Shown here in pieces: positions 9,925 through 18,292 of a stretch of 64,000 nt of DNA. The position numbers and the translations under genes were made by a program. Within the stretch, counting starts at the first letter, position 1. Each line of letters starts with the position of its first letter. The notes beneath the pieces are model-generated. The model searched no databases, was not told where the DNA came from, and saw only the letters and a list, made by a program, of their open reading frames with translations. The DNA is from Bacteroidota bacterium (GTDB lineage Bacteria; Bacteroidota; Ignavibacteria; UBA10030; SZUA-254): NCBI GenBank assembly GCA_049515655.1, contig JBEKTW010000005.1, positions 22,721 through 86,720 on the forward strand, in the 5' to 3' direction.

Positions 9925-10350
9925 TCAGGTATGAGGAAGATATTTCTTGAGTTCCGCATAGAGTTGTTTTTCGGCTGGCAGGAGGGTCACGTGCGTACTG
10001 CGAGCTATTGCTATGCTTCGGTTCGCTCCAGTTTCCCTCATGTTAACGACACGTATGTAAGACAGAGGCTGCAGAACAGTCTCTAAATCCTCAGTTTTCC
10101 AATGCAGTGCGTCGCATAGTTTTTTCTGTTGTGCTTGCTTGTTTTTGGTAATTTCAAGAGCGTCCATAATACCTGCCTCAAGACATCCTTTGGACGCGGC
10201 GTACTCCAAGAAATCTCGCTCCCGCAAAACCGATGGCTTCCCTTTTTCTACAACTGTAAACGTTGGCGGCTTATCAGATAGTACGGGTTCTGACCGACCG
10301 ACTTCAATTCCCTTCCTCTGCAGACAAATCATGATTTCGCTGAAATTCAT
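9925..10350 (-). CDS. hypothetical protein (island cassette 1)
   Basis: 141 aa ORF in the low-GC island. No family was recognised. Confidence 0.45.
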   Translation of the reverse strand: MNFSEIMICLQRKGIEVGRSEPVLSDKPPTFTVVEKGKPSVLRERDFLEYAASKGCLEAGIMDALEITKNKQAQQKKLCDALHWKTEDLETVLQPLSYIRVVNMRETGANRSIAIARSTHVTLLPAEKQLYAELKKYLPHT

Positions 10351-10424
10351 TTGCGTTCTCCTTTGTCGTTACGAGGTCTTTTCTGATTCGCTCACTATAT
10401 ATTGTGAACTGAATAAACTTACTC

Positions 10425-10530
10425 AAACAAACGGTGAAATTCAAATTCATTAAAAGGCCGGGCCAGTGATTGAATCAAACGAGGGCATTACAGTTAAAAG
10501 CCAGACGTTTTCGGCCCGGCCTTTCATTGC
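10425..10530 (+). repeat. cassette repeat b, a degenerate copy of the gene-remnant plus hairpin unit
   Basis: It carries attcaaattcattaa and cagtgattgaatc, embedded in the ggccgggcc...ggcccggcc hairpin. Confidence 0.6.
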
Positions 10531-10594
10531 GATGTTTCCTGTACTAGGATGGCTTCAACTGAGGGTCATGGTTGATTCTTCCTTAACTGTTTTC

Positions 10595-10837
10595 CTAGGT
10601 GGGGTGCAAGCACGACTGAATCAGATGAGCAAAATCATTACCGCAAGTATGCGCAACTTGCGACTTGAAATGTTTTCCGTCATCATTGAGAGTAATGGTA
10701 GCACAGATATTATCCTTACCATGTCTTTTACAAACAAGCGACGAGATTGCATCATACATCCTCTTGAGCATTGACCCCGGGGGCAATTTGTCCGCGTCAA
10801 CGACTTTGTCACAGTATGTGAGAATAAATTTAATCAT
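10595..10837 (-). CDS. small hypothetical protein (island cassette 2)
   Basis: 80 aa. Its start overlaps the stop of the upstream small membrane ORF by 4 nt (ATGA). Confidence 0.3.
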   Translation of the reverse strand: MIKFILTYCDKVVDADKLPPGSMLKRMYDAISSLVCKRHGKDNICATITLNDDGKHFKSQVAHTCGNDFAHLIQSCLHPT

Positions 10838-11067
10838 AGTGTTCCGCTTTTCTTAGAGAGATATTGTACTACCGAAGTGTATCCGGCACAACACATGAGC
10901 AATGGAAGAAATCCATCGCTAAAAGTTGTAAAGAACCAAGTTGCGATCGGATTAGCTGATACCTTATACACGACTCCCCAAAACCACATCGTGAGAACAT
11001 AAAATATCAAAAAATTTACTGCTTGTGTCGGCTTAGCAGGTGCCCATTTAGTTGGTTCTGCTTGCAC
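10834..11067 (-). CDS. small predicted membrane protein with two hydrophobic helices (island cassette 2)
   Basis: 77 aa with two hydrophobic segments (FLIFYVLTMWFWGVVY and GFLPLLMCCAGY). It is translationally coupled to the 80-aa ORF. Confidence 0.35.
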   Translation of the reverse strand: MQAEPTKWAPAKPTQAVNFLIFYVLTMWFWGVVYKVSANPIATWFFTTFSDGFLPLLMCCAGYTSVVQYLSKKSGTL

Positions 11068-11087
11068 AATATAGCGACAAGGGGTGG

Positions 11088-11213
11088 ATATTCAAATTCA
11101 TCAAGGAGTTGGACTTGGAGGAAAAGGACTTACTTAAGAAGCTGGGGCAGTGATTGAATCAATACGAGGTGGTTTCACGAAGCCGGGGGATTACAGAATG
11201 CTCGGTTTTTTAT
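11088..11213 (+). repeat. cassette repeat c (gene remnant plus hairpin)
   Basis: attcaaattcatcaaggagttgga...aagctggggcagtgattgaatc...gaagccggg...ttacag...ctcggttttttattgc is homologous to unit a at 9790-9900. Confidence 0.65.
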
Positions 11214-11244
11214 TGCGATTATTCTGACTTAGCTAAGGCCAAAA

Positions 11245-11826
11245 TCAAATACGTATCCCTTTTGATTGCACTGCCCCAATGATTGCTTTGATGTCTTCCG
11301 CGCCATAAATCGACGCATCAATTTCACGATTGAATTCTGAAACGAACATGGAGTGCAACACTTTCTCCAGTGTTTCTGTTACGTGATTGAAAAAATCAAC
11401 CTCTATATCTGCATCATACCACACTTCACTGGGATTGAATACGGCTTTCTTATCTATGTGAAAATGAGCCTTGTCTCGCACTCCCTTCAGCTTGTCTGCA
11501 AGAATGTTGATGTCCGCCAGACTCAAACCGTTCTTGACCAGTTCGTCTTCTATGCCTTTCGTGTTGCATTTGTGCAAGTAGAAGAAGGAAGCTACACGTG
11601 TGTGTAAATCCAAAACATTCATTACATGTAAGAACATCGCGTCGTGCAATGCGAAGAATGAGTACGTGAAAATAGACGCGCCCGGTTCGGGAAAGGCCGA
11701 AACATTGGGTGCTATAGTCAGTAACTCAGTAAATGCATTCCTGTAAGAAAGAGCACGACGAAGCTCATAAAGGTTACGAATGAGTGCGCGACTATATGTG
11801 CTAAGTGGCCGGTGTTGGGAAGTCAT
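11245..11826 (-). CDS. hypothetical protein with a HEPN-like R-x4-6-H motif (possible RNase toxin)
   Basis: 193 aa. RDKAHFH lies at about aa 117-123, and the protein is predicted to be helical. No confident family could be assigned. Confidence 0.45.
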   Translation of the reverse strand: MTSQHRPLSTYSRALIRNLYELRRALSYRNAFTELLTIAPNVSAFPEPGASIFTYSFFALHDAMFLHVMNVLDLHTRVASFFYLHKCNTKGIEDELVKNGLSLADINILADKLKGVRDKAHFHIDKKAVFNPSEVWYDADIEVDFFNHVTETLEKVLHSMFVSEFNREIDASIYGAEDIKAIIGAVQSKGIRI

Positions 11827-11894
11827 CTACCTCTCTTGCGAACAAAACAGTTCTTGATTCTATTTCTAATCATTCATTGTCGCCTACCTTCCGT

Positions 11895-12668
11895 TCAAAA
11901 ATCTTCCGCTATGACATCCGCGGTAATGATGCAAGTTTTCAAGATTTCTACGCTTTCATGCCTAGAATCTCTAAAGGTTCTGTCAATAAAATCAATCATT
12001 TCAGGCACTTCGGAATCATCTTTCAGAATGATGTATTTGACATCGTCGGGCGTAAAGCTTAACCTGGATTTGAGAGCTAATTGTTCTTCTGCTGTTTCCC
12101 GCTTGGCCTTGTTTAGAAAGTCCGGCTTGATGAGAAGTCTAAGTTCAGAAGGGATATCATTCGGCACCAGCCTCCACTCCCTTTCGTTGTAGAATCTAAT
12201 GTCTTCTCTGTATGCGTTTTCCCTCCACAATTTCCCCTCATAAGGTTTGACATGACTGACAAATGTGAGTACAGCATCCACTAGTTTGTCTTTCAGCTCC
12301 CTCCTGACTTCCTCCTCTTGCGGATTCGTAGCGTTCAAGTTTTCAAACAAATATTGCAGTTTGGTTTTCTTGTGGACATAGAGAACTGGTGTAACTGAAT
12401 GGTCCATTCCCCACTGTTTGGATAGACCTAATCCGTAGCTCCTATCTCCGTAAAAGTCCAGATGGCTTCTTATTAGGAACAGAGGCAAATCGCAGAAGGA
12501 AATCATAGGAATCGCAAACTCTATCGTTCCATCTTGCCAATTCTCCAAGCAGTAATGTGGTATGAAGCCCTTCGCGAGGATGCCTTTCACCTTGTCAATG
12601 GACGGTGTGAAATGGAAGAGTGTGTTGGAACTTATGTTGACGGACGTCGTTCGGTTGTAGTCTGGCAT
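11895..12668 (-). CDS. AbiGi-like abortive-infection family protein (tentative)
   Basis: 257 aa. N-terminal SNTLFHFTPSIDKVKGILAKGFIPHYCLE. The AbiGi assignment rests only on my memory of that family's N-terminal motif and on the similar size. It is not a checked alignment or database hit and could be wrong. Confidence 0.45.
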   Translation of the reverse strand: MPDYNRTTSVNISSNTLFHFTPSIDKVKGILAKGFIPHYCLENWQDGTIEFAIPMISFCDLPLFLIRSHLDFYGDRSYGLGLSKQWGMDHSVTPVLYVHKKTKLQYLFENLNATNPQEEEVRRELKDKLVDAVLTFVSHVKPYEGKLWRENAYREDIRFYNEREWRLVPNDIPSELRLLIKPDFLNKAKRETAEEQLALKSRLSFTPDDVKYIILKDDSEVPEMIDFIDRTFRDSRHESVEILKTCIITADVIAEDF

Positions 12669-12766
12669 GAAGCACTCACTTCCTCAGTCATTCTTGAATC
12701 GTCACGGCCAGCGAATTTTGTGTGTGCTGGTCGCCCTAAAGTCTGGCCAAAGTCGTCGCTACGTCG

Positions 12767-13690
12767 TTACTTAGTCTCGGTTGCACGATAAGTCTCAATT
12801 AAGAATCGCATAAGTGTGGTTGTCAAGTATATCATGTACTCCAGTTCGGAATCCGAATAGACTCGCTCATCGGCAGGCTCAAAATCGCTGTCGTGCTTAA
12901 CGGCCGTGCTCTGGTACAACGAGAACTGTGTTAGCATAGTAAAATAGTTTTGACGAATCTGAGAGTGAACTCCTTTCTCTTTCATCCATTTGAGCAGCGG
13001 CTCTTTTTGCTTCTCAATCGGAGAATTGTTTCCTAAAACAACCTTCAGAAGGTTCTCAAGTGCAAATCGTAATGAATCTAGGGCTTGGCGGTACATAGAA
13101 GCGTCTTTGGAAACCGCTATGGAGAGTGCTTTGTTATATTCTTTGACGACGTCAGGATATTTTCTGAGCCAAATAGCGTTCTCGTCCACAGCTTCATCAA
13201 GCAGTTTGATACCATCAGGATAGAGCTCCATCTTGCCATCTATGTTCTCAATGCGTCTTATATTTATTCCCGACGAACTTTCGATTGCCGTGTTCAAATT
13301 TGCTATAAGAGATTGAACGGCTGTCTTGAACTCGTCAAGTGTCTCGTAAGAGGCAGATAATTGTTCAAGTGACCAGAAAAGACGCTGCAAGACAAGAATC
13401 AGCTCACTTAGCCCTTGCGCATTTGTAAGATGTTTGATAATACCTTGTCCGATTGCAAGGTATGCTGGGTCCACGTACTCTGAGCCGTTGATTACTGCAA
13501 ACTTTCCCTCAACTGCCGCCACCAGTGACGTAGCTTCAATATCGTATATCATCTCATCAAGGTATTTCAAATCGCTCAGAAAACTACCGACGGCCGTTGA
13601 CACTCTATTACGAAATTCTGAAAATAGCTTCTCTTTTGGGATGACTATTCCCCATCTTTGCATGAAATCATTGGTTGGTGTCTTGCTCAT
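12767..13690 (-). CDS. hypothetical protein, predicted helical, upstream partner of the AbiGi-like gene
   Basis: 307 aa ORF that reads convincingly as coding within the AT-richer island. No family was recognised. Confidence 0.55.
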   Translation of the reverse strand: MSKTPTNDFMQRWGIVIPKEKLFSEFRNRVSTAVGSFLSDLKYLDEMIYDIEATSLVAAVEGKFAVINGSEYVDPAYLAIGQGIIKHLTNAQGLSELILVLQRLFWSLEQLSASYETLDEFKTAVQSLIANLNTAIESSSGINIRRIENIDGKMELYPDGIKLLDEAVDENAIWLRKYPDVVKEYNKALSIAVSKDASMYRQALDSLRFALENLLKVVLGNNSPIEKQKEPLLKWMKEKGVHSQIRQNYFTMLTQFSLYQSTAVKHDSDFEPADERVYSDSELEYMIYLTTTLMRFLIETYRATETK

Positions 13691-13869
13691 GATAAGTCTG
13701 CCGATTCCCGTGCCTTTAATTGTACTTGGCGAATATACAAAAGATTTTGTCCCGTGTCAACAAAGTCTAAATCTATTTTTCTGGCTCGCTCATTGTTTTT
13801 CTTCAATATGAATGAGTAAACTTACCGAAAAAGACAAACATCGTAGCTTTTCGGTGTTATGTGCCGCGA

Positions 13870-14562
13870 TTATTTCTTGTTCAAACCTGTTTGCTGTTTA
13901 ACCGCTGGCGTGTCCGCTTTTATTCTTTCTGGATTTAGCACAAGCACTCTTGTTGTGTCACGAAAAGCGTTCATATTCGTAATGAGCACATCTCTCTGAG
14001 TTTTGTAGGTGACAAATTGGAAAAAACCCATCAAGAGACTTACAACAATTGATACAACAGCAATCCGAAATGTCAATTGTTGGGCTTGTTTTCTATCGGC
14101 CGCCTCTTGTTTTCTGTCCGCGGCGTCTTGAGCAAAGCGCTGTTCATCTAAGGTTAAGAAGCCACGGTCAACAAAATCAGATAACTCTGGTAGAGGGGCG
14201 ACATAAAATCCATCGTAAGACCGGATTATCCCCATGATTTCATGTTCCGCGTCGTTCTGACTAGCAAATATAGGTAAGAGGCGCACGCCCTTACTTGCCC
14301 TGCGTAACCTTGTTACAAGCCCTTCTCGTTCTAATCGTGACCAAAGTGATATGAATTCAGTAAGCTCTGAAATAGTTTTGTCACGATTCTTAGGAATATA
14401 ACCGGTTGTCTTAGGGTCACAAACCAAATCCCATCCAGGATAAGATTGCTGGAGGATGAAACGTTCAAAGTCACCGAACTGCAAGAGAAATTTTTCAGTG
14501 TCAGTTGCTTTGTTTTGCAGCCAGGCTCGTACAATCTCTTGTTGAATACTACTCAGTTTCAT
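13870..14562 (-). CDS. hypothetical protein with a single C-terminal transmembrane helix
   Basis: 230 aa. The C-terminal IAVVSIVVSLLMGFFQFV is hydrophobic and is preceded by a charged Lys/Gln-rich linker (DRKQEAADRKQ). Confidence 0.5.
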   Translation of the reverse strand: MKLSSIQQEIVRAWLQNKATDTEKFLLQFGDFERFILQQSYPGWDLVCDPKTTGYIPKNRDKTISELTEFISLWSRLEREGLVTRLRRASKGVRLLPIFASQNDAEHEIMGIIRSYDGFYVAPLPELSDFVDRGFLTLDEQRFAQDAADRKQEAADRKQAQQLTFRIAVVSIVVSLLMGFFQFVTYKTQRDVLITNMNAFRDTTRVLVLNPERIKADTPAVKQQTGLNKK

Positions 14563-14835
14563 ATCGCTTTACTCCATGTTGTGCTGAGCAAACTTACCCA
14601 AACACGCTGTAAATATCAAGTCCACTTGTAATTCTGACCAATCGCGTTCTGAGCTTAGACCGAGGAATGCGTTTCGTGTTTGGGCAGGCAGAAAACAATA
14701 AACCCGTTCAGAGACCTCCTTCCTGTTCCCAAACAGGCCTTATTGCTCAAAACACTGTAGGACAAAATGTAGGATGATTCGCACAAATCCTGCAATTTCC
14801 CGCATTGCAGTCGTTCAAGAGTGCTTTCCCATACC

Positions 14836-14861
14836 GTTTGAAAATGAATCGGAATTTCCGT
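14836..14861 (+). repeat. right 26-bp direct repeat (att-like) bounding the island
   Basis: Exact copy of 9703-9728. Confidence 0.85.
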
Positions 14862-14885
14862 AAGTTTCTGTCGAGCATATCAATA

Positions 14886-15464
14886 ATGGATACTGATTCC
14901 ATGCTATCCAAATCTGAAAAGCAGTTCTTACTCGAGATTGCCCGGGCGTCCGTGGGCGCTGCAGTGAGACTCGAGACCGCGCCAAAGCGCGGCGATTGCC
15001 CTCCGGTGATTCTACGGCCGAGCGGCGCGTTCGTCACGCTGCACGAAAAAGGTGAATTGCGTGGATGCATCGGGTATATCGAAGCCATCAAGCCGATGAT
15101 CGATACCGTGCGCGAGGTTGCGGCCAAGGCGGCAACATCAGACCCCCGCTTCGCTCCCGTCACCCCCGAGGAACTGCCGATTCTCGAGATCGAGATTTCC
15201 GTAATCTCTCCAATGAAACGAATCCAGAACATCGACGAGATTGAGGTCGGCAAGCACGGATTGCTCCTCGAGCGAGGGATGTACCGCGGCCTCCTGCTGC
15301 CGCAGGTGGCGACAGAATACGGTTGGGACAGGGAAACCTTTCTCAATCAGACGGCGAGGAAGGCCGGCCTGGAGCCGACGGCATGGAAGAAACCCGGAAC
15401 GACGATATACACCTTTACCGCTGAAATTTTTGGTGAGCGCTCTATGGACTCACAACATTCATAA
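14886..15464 (+). CDS. AMMECR1 domain protein (AmmeMemoRadiSam system protein A-like)
   Basis: The AMMECR1 core VTLHEKGELRGCIGYIEA is present. The true start is taken as the ATG at 14886 because the longer ORF-track start would run through the direct repeat. Confidence 0.8.
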   Translation: MDTDSMLSKSEKQFLLEIARASVGAAVRLETAPKRGDCPPVILRPSGAFVTLHEKGELRGCIGYIEAIKPMIDTVREVAAKAATSDPRFAPVTPEELPILEIEISVISPMKRIQNIDEIEVGKHGLLLERGMYRGLLLPQVATEYGWDRETFLNQTARKAGLEPTAWKKPGTTIYTFTAEIFGERSMDSQHS

Positions 15465-15465
15465 G

Positions 15466-16299
15466 ATGGAAAAGAAGACCATACGCCCGCCGGCCGTCGC
15501 AGGAATGTTCTATCCGGGCCGTCCGGATGTTCTTGAGCGCGAAGTGAATCATCTCCTCGCATCGGCACCAAAGGAGCGAATGAGCGGAACGATCGTTGCA
15601 TTGATTTCACCGCACGCAGGCTACCAGTACTCCGGCTTGACTGCCGCGCACGGTTATGCTCTCCTGAAAGGACTATCGTTCGATACCGTGGTCATCGTCT
15701 CCCCGAGTCATCGCGAATACTTCGACGGAGCTTCGGTCTACGACGGGGACGGATTTCAGACACCGCTGGGCTTCCTTGCCGTTGATGCAAAACTGAGAGA
15801 CGAGCTGGTCCGCGGAGATCCCGTCGTACGGGCATCGGCGAACGGCCACGGGCAGGAACATGCGATTGAGGTACAATTACCTTTTCTCCAGCAAGTATTG
15901 GGGAAGGTTAAGATACTTCCGGTCGTCATGGGCGACCAGCGCCGGAAGTATTGCATTCATCTTGGAAAGAGAATTGCCGAGGTGTTGAAGAACAAGAATG
16001 CCCTGCTCGTCGCCAGCACTGATCTGTCGCACTTTCATCCCTACGATGCCGCGAACGCTCTCGACAGAATCGTTATTGACGATGTAGCGGCGCTTGACTA
16101 TGGAAAACTCATGGACGACCTGGAAAGCGAGCGCGCGGAAGCGTGCGGCGGCGGGCCCACGGTCGCCGTCCTCTCGGCCGCACATCATCTTGGCGCAAAC
16201 AGCGCGAAAATCTTGCACCACTGCAACTCCGGCGACGTTACCGGCGACCGCAGCGGAGTCGTCGGTTATCTTTCTGCGGCTGCCTTTCGAGTGAACTAG
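15466..16299 (+). CDS. MEMO1-family protein (AmmeMemoRadiSam system protein B-like)
   Basis: The N-terminus IRPPAVAGMFYPG and the His-rich metal site ISPHAGYQYSG identify the family. The start was set to the ATG at 15466, one nt after the AMMECR1 stop. Confidence 0.85.
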   Translation: MEKKTIRPPAVAGMFYPGRPDVLEREVNHLLASAPKERMSGTIVALISPHAGYQYSGLTAAHGYALLKGLSFDTVVIVSPSHREYFDGASVYDGDGFQTPLGFLAVDAKLRDELVRGDPVVRASANGHGQEHAIEVQLPFLQQVLGKVKILPVVMGDQRRKYCIHLGKRIAEVLKNKNALLVASTDLSHFHPYDAANALDRIVIDDVAALDYGKLMDDLESERAEACGGGPTVAVLSAAHHLGANSAKILHHCNSGDVTGDRSGVVGYLSAAAFRVN

Positions 16300-16304
16300 T
16301 TCAG

Positions 16305-17228
16305 ATGCCATCTTCAAAGTATCCCAGGGTGTCTATTATCGGGGCGGGCAGTGTCGGCTCTTCACTCGCCCGTGTGTTGCATGAAACCGGCTACACGATT
16401 GTCTCGGTCATCAGCAGGTCGGGGCGCCCGGCCCTGGCGCTGGCAAGAGCCGTCAAATGCAAGAAAGCCGGCACCGTCGTCGAGGATATTTCGCCGCTCA
16501 CCGAACTTATCATCATCGCCACTCCCGATGGTTCTGTCGCCGAAGTCGCGAAAGGACTCTCACGGTTGAAGAAATTGAAGGTCAAGAAGTTGTTCGTGGC
16601 GCACACGTCCGGCGTCCTCTCCGCCGACGTGCTGGAACCTCTCAAACGTAAAGGCGCAATCGTCTCGTCGATACATCCGATACAATCCTTCACTTCGGCC
16701 GGGCGGACAAAGCTCAAAGGAATTTATTTCGGCCTCGAAGGCGATCCAAAAGCTGTCGCCAGAGCCGAACAACTCGTGAACTCTATCGGCGGGAAGTCAA
16801 TTACCGTTCCGCGCGACCTCAAACCGCTCTACCATGTCGCGTGCGTTTTTGCTTCCGGGTACATGGTGGTTTTCCTGAACGCCATCAGCGAGCTTGCGAA
16901 ATGCCTGGATCTGAAGGCGTCATGGACGGAAGTCTTCGGCCCGCTGATGACGACGGCAATGGAAAACTCCGTGAAACATACCACGGCGAGTGCCCTCACC
17001 GGTCCGATCCTCAGGGGAGATCTGGCAACCGTCGATTGCCACCTCCTTGCATTGTCGAAACACGCGCCGGAGTTCCTGCCGCTCTATACTATCGGCGGCA
17101 TTGAAGTAGCACGAATAGCAAAAGACCACGGTAGAATCGGCCGGCAGGAGTATGAAGGCATCATTTCTCGATTCAGAAAATTCATTCAGACCTCACCGAT
17201 CAAGCACAATTCAAGGGGAAAACATTGA
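16305..17228 (+). CDS. Rossmann-fold NAD(P)-binding protein with a DUF2520-like C-terminal domain (ProC/ketopantoate-reductase-like)
   Basis: The N-terminal VSIIGAGSVGSSLA is a GxGxxG dinucleotide-binding motif. Confidence 0.65.
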   Translation: MPSSKYPRVSIIGAGSVGSSLARVLHETGYTIVSVISRSGRPALALARAVKCKKAGTVVEDISPLTELIIIATPDGSVAEVAKGLSRLKKLKVKKLFVAHTSGVLSADVLEPLKRKGAIVSSIHPIQSFTSAGRTKLKGIYFGLEGDPKAVARAEQLVNSIGGKSITVPRDLKPLYHVACVFASGYMVVFLNAISELAKCLDLKASWTEVFGPLMTTAMENSVKHTTASALTGPILRGDLATVDCHLLALSKHAPEFLPLYTIGGIEVARIAKDHGRIGRQEYEGIISRFRKFIQTSPIKHNSRGKH

Positions 17229-18292
17229 AGGCTCTTATTGCCAGCGGCGGTCGCGGCACACGGCTGCGGCCCCTGACGCACACACAAAACAAACATCTCA
17301 TCCCGATCGCAAATAAACCGATTCTCCATTACGCCATCGAGGCAGCGGTCGAGGCGGGCATTCGACAAATCGGCATCATCCACAATGCCGACAGCGACGA
17401 AGTCCCCAAGGCCATCGGGAACGGCAAGAAGTGGGGAGCAAAGATAACCTACATCCCCCAGACGGCCCCGCTCGGCCTGGCGCATGTCGTTAAAATCTCG
17501 AAGAAGTTCATCGGCAAAGAAAATTTCATCTTCTATCTTGGCGACAACATGGTGGTCGGTGGAATAAAACGATTCATCGACGACTTCGAGAAAAGCGGCT
17601 GCAATTGTTTCCTTACGCTGGCCAAAGTGAAAGACCCGGAACGGTTTGGCGTCCCGGAGATCAGGAACGGCAAGATCGTGCGTGTCGAAGAAAAACCGAA
17701 AAAGCCAAAGAGTCAATTCGCCGTGGCGGGAATCTACATTTACGATAAGAATATTTTTGAAGCCGTGAGTAGGATCAAACCGAGCAAACGCGGCGAGCTT
17801 GAAATTTCCGATGCGCACCAATACCTCATCGACAAGGGGCTGAAGGTCGGTTACAGCGAAATCACCGGGTGGTGGAAAGATACGGGCAAACCGACCGACT
17901 TGCTGGAAGCGAATCGCCTGGTGCTCGACAATATCGAGCCGCGCATCGAAGGCGAAGTGGACCCCTCTTCGACCGTCGCCGGCAAGGTCGTTCTCGAGCC
18001 CGGCTCGAGGATCCTGAGCAGCGTCGTCCGGGGTCCCGCCATTATCGGAAAGAACTGTGCGATCGAGAACAGCTACATTGGACCCTTCACGTCCATCGGG
18101 GACAACACGATCATCAGAAACTCGGAAGTGGAATACAGCATTTTGCTGCGCGATTGCAGGATCCTCGACGTGAAGATCAGGATCGAAGGCAGCCTGTTGG
18201 GAAACGAAGTTGAAATCGTTGAAGCGACCGGTAAGCCGCACGTCCATCGCTTTATGATAGGTGACCAGAGCCGGGTGGAAGTGGCGTGGTAA
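17225..18292 (+). CDS. sugar-phosphate nucleotidyltransferase (long-form glucose-1-phosphate thymidylyltransferase-like, with a C-terminal left-handed beta-helix)
   Basis: GGRGTRLRPLT matches the nucleotidyltransferase signature GGxGTRLxPLT. The C-terminus has hexapeptide repeats. 355 aa. Confidence 0.8.
   Translation: MKALIASGGRGTRLRPLTHTQNKHLIPIANKPILHYAIEAAVEAGIRQIGIIHNADSDEVPKAIGNGKKWGAKITYIPQTAPLGLAHVVKISKKFIGKENFIFYLGDNMVVGGIKRFIDDFEKSGCNCFLTLAKVKDPERFGVPEIRNGKIVRVEEKPKKPKSQFAVAGIYIYDKNIFEAVSRIKPSKRGELEISDAHQYLIDKGLKVGYSEITGWWKDTGKPTDLLEANRLVLDNIEPRIEGEVDPSSTVAGKVVLEPGSRILSSVVRGPAIIGKNCAIENSYIGPFTSIGDNTIIRNSEVEYSILLRDCRILDVKIRIEGSLLGNEVEIVEATGKPHVHRFMIGDQSRVEVAW

Noticed and set aside
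14805-14885. ORF-track N-terminal extensions: AMMECR1 from 14805, MEMO1 from 15241, the Rossmann protein from 16143, the pullulanase from 60594, the propeller-amidohydrolase from 51389, and DeoC from the TTG at 31999
   Set aside because: The extensions overlap upstream genes or repeats. They encode Arg-rich low-complexity sequence and precede a much more plausible internal ATG that is followed by a signal peptide or a conserved N-terminal motif.
17186-18247. A 353-aa ORF on the minus strand, fully antisense to the nucleotidyltransferase gene. Similar long antisense ORFs occur at 4285-5736 (+), 2532-3434 (+), 30224-31144 (-), 55955-57697 (-), 60849-61631 (-), 20691-21332 (-) and 53719-53764-type overlaps.
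   Set aside because: These are shadow ORFs typical of high-GC coding DNA. The opposite strand encodes well-recognised proteins in each case, and the antisense translations are low-complexity Arg/Pro/Gly-rich with no family resemblance.
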